This document shows positions 1 through 14,766 of a stretch of 64,000 bases of DNA, piece by piece. The notes beneath the pieces are model-generated. The model was not told where the DNA came from, did no database searches, and saw only the letters and a program-made list of their open reading frames with translations. Position 1 is the stretch's first letter. Each line of letters opens with the position of its first letter. The stretch comes from Macrostomum lignano (lineage: Eukaryota), in NCBI GenBank assembly GCA_002269645.1, contig NIVC01002072.1:12733-76732 (forward strand), in the 5' to 3' direction. The translations under genes were made by a program, and so were the position numbers.

Positions 1-1726
<1,726 letters not shown>

Positions 1727-2178
1727 GATCAAACAAGGACACAGCCCTGCGGCAGAATTTCAATGTAAAGGTTGGGTCCTATTAGAAAATCGTGCAGTTA
1801 GCCCTGGCCGGAACAAATGGCGGCGGTGTTTACGCAAAGCAGATAAACAAAGTCAATATTGGCCTGCTTGCTGCTCCCACGGTTCAACTTGTTTGTCGCG
1901 CAGCGAGGGACACACGGGCTGAGGCGGCAGCTTTGCCCGGCCTTTCCGCCGCTTTTTTGGCTGCCAGATCGAGAGTTGAAATCCAGAGTTTTCGTTGGAA
2001 TAAATACACTGGGTGCCCTCCCGCACCCGGCTGAACTGCACCGGGACCGGCACAAATCCCGGCTGAGCCGCATGGGAAAATGAAATTCGACACTGGGGGT
2101 TTCATGGGAGCAAGTGGTGGGCTCGGCGCTTTGGTGTCTGCTGTGTGTGGCTTTGAATGTGAAATTTGTAGCCTTATT

Positions 2179-2765
<587 letters not shown>

Positions 2766-3264
2766 TATCTGACAAACTAAGAATTGGTCATTGAACTTGA
2801 GGCATCGCCCTTTATCGATCCAGCAAAAGAGCTCAGCTTTATTGGAAGTTTTTAGGAATTCGGACCCCGGACCCCGTATCTTTTCAGAAGAAGTCTTTAA
2901 TACTTAATTAGCCCCTCCTTCACTCCTTCAGTATTCAGCCAACACGCGAAGACTTGAAGAGGAGTGGCTGGCAGGTGCAAGAGAATGTTAGAAATTCAGG
3001 GCAAGTGAGACGCTTGCACGCCACAGACGGCGCAGGTCCTAATTAAGCCAGTTCTAACCTATTGAGCGTTCGGTGGCGCGCGGGCTCCAGCTGCAAGGAG
3101 GCCTCCCGTGCGCAAACTGCGTGTCTGGCTAAAGCTGAAGTACCTGCTTAGCCATGCCACCTGTGCATGGTGTAACTAACCAGTCTACCTGCATGGGCAT
3201 CATCATCTAAGCGGAACTAGGTAGGGCGCCTGCCTGCCAAGACCAACTTTACTCAGATTAATGT

Positions 3265-3710
3265 GATTTCTGCTGTGTGTTGCAGGATTTCTGCTGCGAG
3301 TTGCAGGAGTTCTGCTGTGTGTTGCAGGATTTCTGCTGTGTGTTGCAGGATTTTTGCTGTGTGTTGCAGGAATTCTGCTATGAGTTGCAGGATTTCTGCT
3401 GTGTGTTGCAGGATTTCTGCTGTGTGTTGCAGGATTTCTGCTGTGTATTGCAGGATTTCTGCTGTGTGTTGCAGGAATTCTGCTATGAGTTGCAGGATTT
3501 CTGCTGTGTGTTGCAGGATTTCTGCTGTGTGTTGCAGGATTTCTGCTGTGTATTGCAGGATTTCTGCTGTGTGTTGCAGGATTTCTGCTGTGTGTTGCAG
3601 GATTTCTGCTGTGTATTGCAGGATTTCTGCTGTGTGTTGCAGGATTTCTGCTGTGTGTTGCAGGAATTCTGCTATGAGTTGCAGGATTTCTGCTGTGTGT
3701 TGCAGGATTT
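3265..3710 (+). repeat. 21-bp minisatellite (GATTTCTGCTGTGTGTTGCAG), about 21 copies
   Basis: Direct repeats; 7-aa periodicity in the overlapping ORFs. Confidence 0.97.
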
Positions 3711-5381
3711 CCGGTGTTTTTCAGGAACTCTGCATCTCGCTAACTAAACCAAGACACGTATTGCATATGCTTCATTGCATGAAGCAAATTAGGAAATACC
3801 AGAAAAGAGATTCAATCGTTCCTTACCTTGCGATTTCTCTATTTGCAACAAAACTATTCAGAGCAGTTGTAGTCCTGCAAGGTTGTATAGCGCTTCTTGT
3901 GTAGGTTAATATGCGAAGTTATGAGGCTGCGTGGCCCCCTCTCATGCTGTTCTGCTTTTTTAGCTATATCGGTCAACACCCCACCTCTCCCTCCCTCCCT
4001 CCCACTCTCTCCCTCTCTCTCCCCTCTGTCCTGTTCTCTCCCAGCGGTTTCCAGTGCACAGTGACTAAACCCGCCTCCGGGCCAATGGCGAAGCTGCGGC
4101 CTCCCCCGGTGCGTACGGGCATGGCAACCCCTCCCCCCCCCGATGCGAAACCAAGGCAGGAGAGTGTTGTATAGTCTTTACAGGCACAGGCCTATACCCT
4201 CGTGGATATAATGTGTTTGGGTCAGGCTGTACACTGAGCGAAGGGGGGGGGGGTCGCGGGAGCTCACTGTTCTATAAGAAAATTCGAGGTGTGTGTGAGA
4301 GTGCAAATGGAGGTGCTGCAATAAATACTTCATATGAAATATTGTACCTTGTTTAAATATCTGCTCTTTTAGTTTTAAAAATATGCTACTTTTTACTTGG
4401 AATGGAGAGTACCGTAAGCCGGAATTTTCTCAGTGTTATATTTTTTCGATACATATCGGTTAAAATATTTTTTTCGAATTCTGATAACTTGCCAATAGTT
4501 CGATGAAACGATCTATAAATTTGAACAATTTTTAAAGTCAAACTTTGATAAATCAAATTCTGCGTCAGGAGGAACTGACCGGATTACTGACCAGATAATT
4601 ACTGACCAGAAAACCCTATCAGCCAATAAATATTTAGCAGTAGTATCAGAGAACATTTGCTGTATTTTTAAAAACTTCTTTGAAAAAAATTATCCGACTT
4701 TTTTTTTCACTACTCAGAACAGAACTGATGCTCAAGCGAAGCGAGAGTCCACCGTCACTCGTCAACCTTAACGAAATATAATTATCTGAATGCGGGACGA
4801 ATATGAATAAATCAATTCCAACAGTAAAGTTAATAATGTACCAATTTTTATAAACGCAATGCAAGCAAAGTGACATCGCGCTCTCACATCGAGTTTAGTG
4901 CAGCAGCGTTATTATGGAGTCGTGGGATTTTGACAACGGGATTAGCGAGTAAGCCCGGGATATGCTATGCTAAATTTATATATAAAAATACATTTTTGCT
5001 TAGAAGTTGGAAGAAATGACCCCATGCATAAATGAGTTCAGACATTCTGATTCGCATCCAGCGCAAATCGAGTGTTCTGCGTTCGGCCAAATTATATTGC
5101 AACTGCTAGAATTGGCGGCTTGAGTAGGGCAACGGTCTTAACTGCCTCGTTCGCTTGTTCGTCTGTGTATTAGTGTCTTGCTGTTTTGGTGTCTCGGTGT
5201 CTTCATATCTTGGTGTATTAGTGTCTAAAGGCCAACGCGAGATAATTTGCCAAAGTAAGAGCACCCCTGACTCATGCTCAAGAGTCGCCTCCACAGAAAT
5301 TGCGCCCCATAAGTATAGTGCTCCAATAAAAATGAATGACAGAAGCTCAACTTCTGTCACCTCTTGGACGTGACATCCACC

Positions 5382-8300
5382 AGCCTAGGAGACAGGGGTG
5401 GGCGCCCACCAAGAGACAGGTGTGATCACCAAGAGACAGGTGTGATCACCAAGAGACAGGGGCGCCCACCAAGAGACAGGTGTGATCACCAAGAGACAGA
5501 TGTGATCACCAAGAGACAGGTGTGCTCACCAAGAGACAGGTGTGATCACCAAGAGACAGGTGTGATCACCAAGAGACAGGGGCGCCCACCAAGAGACAGA
5601 TGTGATCACAAAGAGACAGTTGTGATCACCAAGAGACAGGGGCGCCCACCAAGAGACAGGTGTGATCACCAAGAGACAGGTGTGATCACCAAGAGACAGG
5701 GGCGCCCACCAAGAGACAGGTGTGATCACCAAGAGACAGATGTGATCACCAAGAGACAGGGGCGCCCACCAAGAGACAGGTGTGATCACCAAGAGACAGA
5801 TGTGATCACCAAGAGACAGATGTGATCACCAAGAGACAGGTGTGATCACCAAGAGACAGATGTGATCACCAAGAGACAGATGTGATCACCAAGAGACAGG
5901 TGTGATCACCAAGAGACAGATGTGATCACCAAGAGACAGGTGTGATCACCAAGAGACAGATGTGATCACCAAGAGACAGGTGTGATCACCAAGAGACAGA
6001 TGTGATCACCAAGAGACAGATGTGATCACCAAGAGACAGGTGTGATCACCAAGAGACAGATGTGATCACCAAGAGACAGATGTGATCACCAAGAGACAGG
6101 TGTGATCACCAAGAGACAGGGGGCGCCCACCAAGAGACAGATGTGATCACCAAGAGACAGATGTGATCATTACCAAGAGACAGATGTGATCACCAAGAGA
6201 CAGGGGGCGCCCACCAAGAGACAGATGTGATCACCAAGAGACAGATGTGATCACCAAGAGACAGGTGTGATCACCAAGAGACAGGGGGCGCCCACCAAGA
6301 GACAGATGTGATCACCAAGAGACAGATGTGATCACCAAGAGACAGATGTGATCACCAAGAGACAGATGTGATCACCAAGAGACAGGTGTGATCACCAAGA
6401 GACAGGGGGCGACCACAAAGAGACAGGGGGCGCCCACCAAGAGACAGATGTGATCACCAAGAGACAGATGTGATCACCAAGAGACAGGTGTGATCACCAA
6501 GAGACAGGGGGCGCCCACCAAGAGACAGATGTGATCACCAAGAGACAGATGTGATCACCAAGAGACAGATGTGATCACCAAGAGACAGGTGTGATCACCA
6601 AGAGACAGGGGGCGACCACAAAGAGACAGGGGGCCACCACCAAGAGACAGGGGGCGACCACCAAGAGACAGGGGCGCCCACCAAGAGACATATGAGATCA
6701 CCAAGAGACAGGGGGCGATCACCAAGAGACAGGTGTGATCACCAAGAGACAGGGGGCGACCACCAAGAGACAGGGGGCGACCACAAAGAGACAGGGGGCC
6801 ACCAAGAGACAGGGGCGCCCACCAAGAGACAGGTGTGATCACCAAGAGACAGATGTGATCACCAAGAGACAGGTGTGATCACCAAGAGACAGGTGTGATC
6901 ACCAAGAGACAGATGTGATCACCAAGAGACAGGTGTGATCACCAAGAGACAGATGTGATCACCAAGAGACAGGTGTGATCACCAAGAGACAGATGTGATC
7001 ACCAAGAGACAGGTGTGATCACCAAGAGACAGGTGTGATCACCAAGAGACAGATGTGATCACCAAGAGACAGGGGCGCCCACCAAGAGACAGATGTGATC
7101 CCCAAGAGACAGGGGGCGCCCACCAAGAGACAGATGTGATCACCAAGAGACAGATGTGATCACCAAGAGACAGGTGTGATCACCAAGAGACAGGGGGCGC
7201 CCACCAAGAGACAGATGTGATCACCAAGAGACAGATGTGATCACCAAGAGACAGATGTGATCACCAAGAGACAGATGTGATCACCAAGAGACAGGTGTGA
7301 TCACCAAGAGACAGGGGGCGACCACAAAGAGACAGGGGGCGCCCACCAAGAGACAGATGTGATCACCAAGAGACAGATGTGATCACCAAGAGACAGGTGT
7401 GATCACCAAGAGACAGGGGGCGCCCACCAAGAGACAGATGTGATCACCAAGAGACAGATGTGATCACCAAGAGACAGATGTGATCACCAAGAGACAGGTG
7501 TGATCACCAAGAGACAGGGGGCGACCACAAAGAGACAGGGGGCCACCACCAAGAGACAGGGGGCGACCACCAAGAGACAGGGGCGCCCACCAAGAGACAT
7601 ATGAGATCACCAAGAGACAGGGGGCGATCACCAAGAGACAGGTGTGATCACCAAGAGACAGGGGGCGACCACCAAGAGACAGGGGGCGACCACAAAGAGA
7701 CAGGGGCCACCAAGAGACAGGGGCGCCCACCAAGAGACAGGTGTGATCACCAAGAGACAGATGTGATCACCAAGAGACAGGTGTGATCACCAAGAGACAG
7801 GTGTGATCACCAAGAGACAGATGTGATCACCAAGAGACAGGTGTGATCACCAAGAGACAGGTGTGATCACCAAGAGACAGATGTGATCACCAAGAGACAG
7901 GGGCGCCCACCAAGAGACAGATGTGATCCCCAAGAGACAGGGGGCGCCCACCAAGAGACAGATGTGATCACCAAGAGACAGATGTGATCACCAAGAGACA
8001 GGTGTGATCACCAAGAGACAGGGGGCGCCCACCAAGAGACAGATGTGATCACCAAGAGACAGATGTGATCACCAAGAGACAGATGTGATCACCAAGAGAC
8101 AGATGTGATCACCAAGAGACAGGTGTGATCACCAAGAGACAGGGGGCGACCACAAAGAGACAGGGGCGCCCACCAAGAGACAGATGTGATCAACAAGAGA
8201 CAGATGTGATCACCAAGAGACAGGTGTGATCACCAAGAGACAGGGGGCGCCCACCAAGAGACAGATGTGATCACCAAGAGACAGATGTGATCACCAAGAG

Positions 8301-11300
8301 ACAGATGTGATCACCAAGAGACAGGTGTGATCACCAAGAGACAGGGGGCGACCACAAAGAGACAGGGGGCCACCACCAAGAGACAGGGGGCGACCACCAA
8401 GAGACAGGGGCGCCCACCAAGAGACATATGAGATCACCAAGAGACAGGGGGCGATCACCAAGAGACAGGTGTGATCACCAAGAGACAGGGGGCGACCACC
8501 AAGAGACAGGGGGCGACCACAAAGAGACAGGGGGCCACCAAGAGACAGGGGCGCCCACCAAGAGACAGGTGTGATCACCAAGAGACAGATGTGATCACCA
8601 AGAGACAGGTGTGATCACCAAGAGACAGGTGTGATCACCAAGAGACAGATGTGATCACCAAGAGACAGGTGTGATCACCAAGAGACAGATGTGATCACCA
8701 AGAGACAGGTGTGATCACCAAGAGACAGATGTGATCACCAAGAGACAGGTGTGATCACCAAGAGACAGGTGTGATCACCAAGAGACAGATGTGATCACCA
8801 AGAGACAGGGGCGCCCACCAAGAGACAGATGTGATCCCCAAGAGACAGGTGTGATCACCAAGAGACAGGGGCGCCCACCAAGAGACAGGTGTGATCACCA
8901 AGAGACAGATGTGATCACCAAGAGACAGGTGTGCTCACCAAGAGACAGGTGTGATCACCAAGAGACAGGTGTGATCACCAAGAGACAGGGGCGCCCACCA
9001 AGAGACAGATGTGATCACAAAGAGACAGTTGTGATCACCAAGAGACAGGGGCGCCCACCAAGAGACAGGTGTGATCACCAAGAGACAGGTGTGATCACCA
9101 AGAGACAGGGGCGCCCACCAAGAGACAGGTGTGATCACCAAGAGACAGATGTGATCACCAAGAGACAGATGTGATCACCAAGAGACAGGTGTGATCACCA
9201 AGAGACAGATGTGATCACCAAGAGACAGATGTGATCACCAAGAGACAGGTGTGATCACCAAGAGACAGATGTGATCACCAAGAGACAGGTGTGATCACCA
9301 AGAGACAGATGTGATCACCAAGAGACAGGTGTGATCACCAAGAGACAGATGTGATCACCAAGAGACAGATGTGATCACCAAGAGACAGGTGTGATCACCA
9401 AGAGGCAGATGTGATCACCAAGAGACAGATGTGATCACCAAGAGACAGGTGTGATCACCAAGAGACAGGGGCGCCCACCAAGAGACAGATGTGATCACCA
9501 AGAGACAGATGTGATCACCAAGAGACAGATGTGATCACCAAGAGACAGATGTGATCACCAAGAGACAGGTGTGATCACCAAGAGACAGGGGGCGCCCACC
9601 AAGAGACAGATGTGATCACCAAGAGACAGATGTGATCACCAAGAGACAGATGTGATCACCAAGAGACAGATGTGATCACCAAGAGACAGGTGTGATCACC
9701 AAGAGACAGGGGGCGACCACAAAGAGACAGGGGGCGCCCACCAAGAGACAGATGTGATCACCAAGAGACAGATGTGATCACCAAGAGACAGGTGTGATCA
9801 TCAAGAGACAGGGGGCGCCCACCAAGAGACAGATGTGATCACCAAGAGACAGATGTGATCACCAAGAGACAGATGTGATCACCAAGAGACAGGTGTGATC
9901 ACCAAGAGACAGGGGGCGACCACAAAGAGACAGGGGGCCACCACCAAGAGACAGGGGGCGACCACCAAGAGACAGGGGCGCCCACCAAGAGACAGATGTG
10001 ATCACCAAGAGACAGGGGGCGATCACCAAGAGACAGGTGTGATCACCAAGAGACAGGGGGCGACCACCAAGAGACAGGGGCGACCACAAAGAGACAGGGG
10101 CCACCAAGAGACAGGGGCGCCCACCAAGAGACAGGTGTGATCACCAAGAGACAGATGTGATCACCAAGAGACAGGTGTGATCACCAAGAGACAGGTGTGA
10201 TCACCAAGAGACAGATGTGATCACCAAGAGACAGGGGCGCCCACCAAGAGACAGATGTGATCACCAAGAGACAGGTGTGATCACCAAGAGACAGGGGCGC
10301 CCACCAAGAGACAGGTGTGATCACCAAGAGACAGGTGTGATCACCAAGAGACAGGGGCGCCCACCAAGAGACAGGTGTGATCACCAAGAGACAGATGTGA
10401 TCACCAAGAGACAGGTGTGATCACCAAGAGACAGGTGTGATCACCAAGAGACAGATGTGATCACCAAGAGACAGGGGCGCCCACCAAGAGACAGATGTGA
10501 TCACCAAGAGACAGGTGTGATCACCAAGAGACAGGGGCGCCCACCAAGAGACAGGTGTGATCACCAAGAGACAGATGTGATCACCAAGAGACAGGTGTGA
10601 TCACCAAGAGACAGATGTGATCACCAAGAGACAGGTGTGATCACCAAGAGACAGATGTGATCACCAAGAGACAGGTGTGATCACCAAGAGACAGATGTGA
10701 TCACCAAGAGACAGATGTGATCACCAAGAGACAGGTGTGATCACCAAGAGACAGATGTGATCACCAAGAGACAGATGTGATCACCAAGAGACAGGTGTGA
10801 TCACCAAGAGACAGGGGCGCCCACCAAGAGACAGATGTGATCACCAAGAGACAGATGTGATCACCAAGAGACAGATGTGATCACCAAGAGACAGATGTGA
10901 TCACCAAGAGACAGGTGTGATCACCAAGAGACAGGGGCGCCCACCAAGAGACAGATGTGATCACCAAGAGACAGATGTGATCACCAAGAGACAGATGTGA
11001 TCACCAAGAGACAGATGTGATCACCAAGAGACAGGTGTGATCACCAAGAGACAGGGGGCGACCACAAAGAGACAGGGGGCGCCCACCAAGAGACAGATGT
11101 GATCACCAAGAGACAGATGTGATCACCAAGAGACAGGTGTGATCACCAAGAGACAGGGGGCGCCCACCAAGAGACAGATGTGATCACCAAGAGACAGATG
11201 TGATCACCAAGAGACAGATGTGATCACCAAGAGACAGGTGTGATCACCAAGAGACAGGGGGCGACCACAAAGAGACAGGGGGCCACCACCAAAAGACAGG

Positions 11301-13245
11301 GGGCGACCACCAAGAGACAGGGGCGCCCACCAAGAGACAGATGTGATCACCAAGAGACAGGGGGCGATCACCAAGAGACAGGTGTGATCACCAAGAGACA
11401 GGGGGCGACCACCAAGAGACAGGGGGCGACCACAAAGAGACAGGGGGCCACCAAGAGACAGGGGCGCCCACCAAGAGACAGGTGTGATCACCAAGAGACA
11501 GATGTGATCACCAAGAGACAGGTGTGATCACCAAGAGACAGGTGTGATCACCAAGAGACAGATGTGATCACCAAGAGACAGGGGCGCCCACCAAGAGACA
11601 TATGTGATCACCAAGAGACAGGTGTGATCACCAAGAGACAGGGGCGCCCACCAAGAGACAGGTGTGATCACCAAGAGACAGATGTGATCACCAAGAGACA
11701 GGTGTGATCACCAAGAGACAGGTGTGATCACCAAGAGACAGATGTGATCACCAAGAGACAGGGGCGCCCACCAAGAGACAGATGTGATCACCAAGAGACA
11801 GGTGTGATCACCAAGAGACAGGGGCGCCCACCAAGAGACAGGTGTGATCACCAAGAGACAGGTGTGATCACCAAGAGACAGGGGCGCCCACCAAGAGACA
11901 GGTGTGATCACCAAGAGACAGGTGTGATCACCAAGAGACAGGGGCGCCCACCAAGAGACAGGTGTGATCACCAAGAGACAGGGGCGCCCACCAAGAGACA
12001 GGGGCGCCCACCAAGAGACAGGTGTGATCACCAAGAGACAGATGTGATCACCAAGAGACAGATGTGATCACCAAGAGACAGGTGTGATCACCAAGAGACA
12101 GATGTGATCACCAAGAGACAGGTGTGATCACCAAGAGACAGATGTGATCACCAAGAGACAGGTGTGATCACCAAGAGACAGATGTGATCACCAAGAGACA
12201 GATGTGATCACCAAGAGACAGGTGTGATCACCAAGAGACAGGGGGCGCCCACCAAGAGACAGATGTGATCACCAAGAGACAGATGTGATCACCAAGAGAC
12301 AGATGTGATCACCAAGAGACAGATGTGATCACCAAGAGACAGGTGTGATCACCAAGAGACAGGGGGCGCCCACCAAGAGACAGATGTGATCACCAAGAGA
12401 CAGATGTGATCACCAAGAGACAGATGTGATCACCAAGAGACAGATGTGATCACCAAGAGACAGATGTGATCACCAAGAGACAGATGTGATCACCAAGAGA
12501 CAGGGGGCGCCCACCAAGAGACAGATGTGATCACCAAGAGACAGATGTGATCACCAAGAGACAGGTGTGATCACCAAGAGACAGATGTGATCACCAAGAG
12601 ACAGGTGTGATCACCAAGAGACAGATGTGATCACCAAGAGACAGATGTGATCACCAAGAGACAGGTGTGATCACCAAGAGACAGGGGGCGACCACAAAGA
12701 GACAGGGGGCCACCACCAAGAGACAGGGGCGATCACCAAGAGACAGGGGCGATCACCAAGAGACAGGGGCGATCACCAAGAGACATGGGCGACCACCAAG
12801 AGACAGGGGCGACCACCTAGAGACATGGGCGATCACCAAGAGACAGGGGCGATCACCAAGAGACAGGGGCACTCACCAAGAGACAGGGGGCGACCACCAA
12901 GAGACAGGGGCGATCACCAAGAGACAGGGGCGATCACCAAGAGACAGGGGGCGACCACCAAGAGACAGGGGCGACCACCAAGAGACAGGGGGCGACCACC
13001 AAGAGACAGATGTGATCACCAAGAGACGGACGATCACCAAGAGACAGGGGCGATTACCAAGAGACAGGGGCGATCACCAAGAGACATGGGCGACCACCAA
13101 GAGACAGGGGCGATCACCAAGAGACAGGGGCGATCACCAAGAGACAGGGGCGATCACCAAGAGACATGGGCGACCACCAAGAGACAGGGGCGACCACCTA
13201 GAGACAGGGGCGATCACCAAGAGACAGGGGCGCCCAACAAGAGAT
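5382..13245 (+). repeat. About 7.9-kb 20-bp satellite: constant CACCAAGAGACAG core plus variable ATGTGAT/GTGTGAT/GGG(G)CGCC/GGGCGAC end; higher-order structure
   Basis: Roughly 390 units. Rare variants recur at spacings of 827, 909, 1736 and 3411 bp. Confidence 0.98.
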
Positions 13246-13605
13246 CGGGGCGCCCGCCCCCCACCCAGACACCAAGTATTGGCGCCCCTTAGCGTTGCGG
13301 CCCTCTTCGAATTAGGAATTCCTGCGTAAGCCACTGTATAAAACTTGATGATGAAAGCAGAATCCCGAAGTCCTTTAAAACAAAAAGTTTTTAATGGCAC
13401 AAGTTTTTTTCAAGCAATATGCCATCTGACTCCTCGTTTTGTGAGCAGGTGAAGTTTGGCTTGTCCAATACTCGTTCATCATCAGAGCAACGTGAAGAAG
13501 AGGCTAATTAAATTTGAGTCTACTCACGAAACGACCAATATTTAATTTTAATGGTAATTTTATTAAGAACATTGAGAAACATATCTTTTTCCTTTGGTTG
13601 AATCC

Positions 13606-13843
13606 CAATCTGTGGAATTCCCTCCCTTGTAGAATCCCAATCTGTGGAATTCCCTCCCTTGTAGAATCCCAGTCTGTGGAATTCCCTCCCTTGTAGAATC
13701 CCAGTCTGTGGAATTCCTTCCCTTGTAGAATCCCAGTCTGTGGAATTCCCTCCCTTGTAGAATCCCAGTCTGTGGAATTCCCTCCCTTGTAGAATTCAAG
13801 TTTAGAGGAATTCCCTCCCTTGTAGAATTCCAGTTTAGAGGAA
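13606..13843 (+). repeat. 32-bp minisatellite (GAATCCCAGTCTGTGGAATTCCCTCCCTTGTA)
   Basis: About 7 direct copies. Confidence 0.93.
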
Positions 13844-14158
13844 TCCCAGTCAGCGGAAATCCCAGTCAGTGGAAATCCCAGTCAGCGGAAATCCCAATCA
13901 GCGGGAATCCCAGTCAGCGGAAATCCCAGTCAGCGGAAATCTTAGTCAGTGGAAATCCCAGTGAGCGGGAATCCCAATCAGCGGAAATCCTATTCAGTGG
14001 AAATCCCAGTCAGCGGAAATCCCAGTCAGCGGAAATCCCAGTCAGCGGAAATCCCAGTCAGCGGAAATCCCAATCAGCGGAAATCCCAGTCAGCGGAAAT
14101 CCCAGTCAGCGGGAATCCCAATCAGCGGAAATCCTATTCAGTGGAAATCGCAGTCAGC
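13843..14158 (+). repeat. 16-bp minisatellite (AATCCCAGTCAGCGGA)
   Basis: About 19 direct copies abutting the 32-bp array. Confidence 0.93.
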
Positions 14159-14343
14159 TGAAATTTTAATCCCAGATTATCAGACCCGATTTGCCTTATA
14201 ACTATAAGCTCGCAGTCGCAATCACTTCAACTGAGCGAAAATTTGCCTATCTAATACTCTTAGTAGTATTAAACGCTGGGTTTCTGCCTCGAAAATTTGA
14301 ACACATTAGATGCTCAGACTGCCGGTGGCCAAAGGAATCCGCA

Positions 14344-14505
14344 GACTCCCCTCAGCAGGCGCAACAAGCGCGCGGATACGTACGCAGTCATACGCACAGG
14401 CACTCACTCACACAGGAGTGTACAGCGCGGCCCGAACTTTAATTATCGTTAGGCATGTACACTTCACTGTGCCTTGGGGGCTGGCCCTCAAGGGCGTTAA
14501 TTGCT
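14344..14505 (+). mobile_element. Dispersed repeat copy, probable non-LTR retrotransposon 3' end remnant
   Basis: Homologous to 37099-37218, which follows a LINE ORF2-like C-terminal fragment. Confidence 0.5.
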
Positions 14506-14766
14506 ATAGCCCACCTTTCTGATTGGCTGGGCTTGTTGCTACCCAGACCCGAAAAGCCGATCGAGATCCCATCAAACCTCGGGGAACCCAAGTCAAGTCC
14601 AAAAACAACATGAAAATATACACTGGATCGGGGATGAAGAGGAAAGTGCAATGGGATAGTTCGTAGCAAGATTAGGATTAAAACAATTATATGAAGTTAC
14701 TTTAATGGGAAAAGAAGAATCTCAGCTGTAAAAAATGGTTGCTCAAGAAACGAATCTGGGGCCAAT

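Noticed and set aside
2800-5340. Additional protein-coding exons
   Set aside because: No recognisable domain or consistent splice frame; probably TE debris that I cannot classify.
5382-13245. CRISPR array (constant core plus variable segment)
   Set aside because: Variable parts are 7-8 bp drawn from a few recurring variants, not unique spacers; no cas genes; eukaryotic context.
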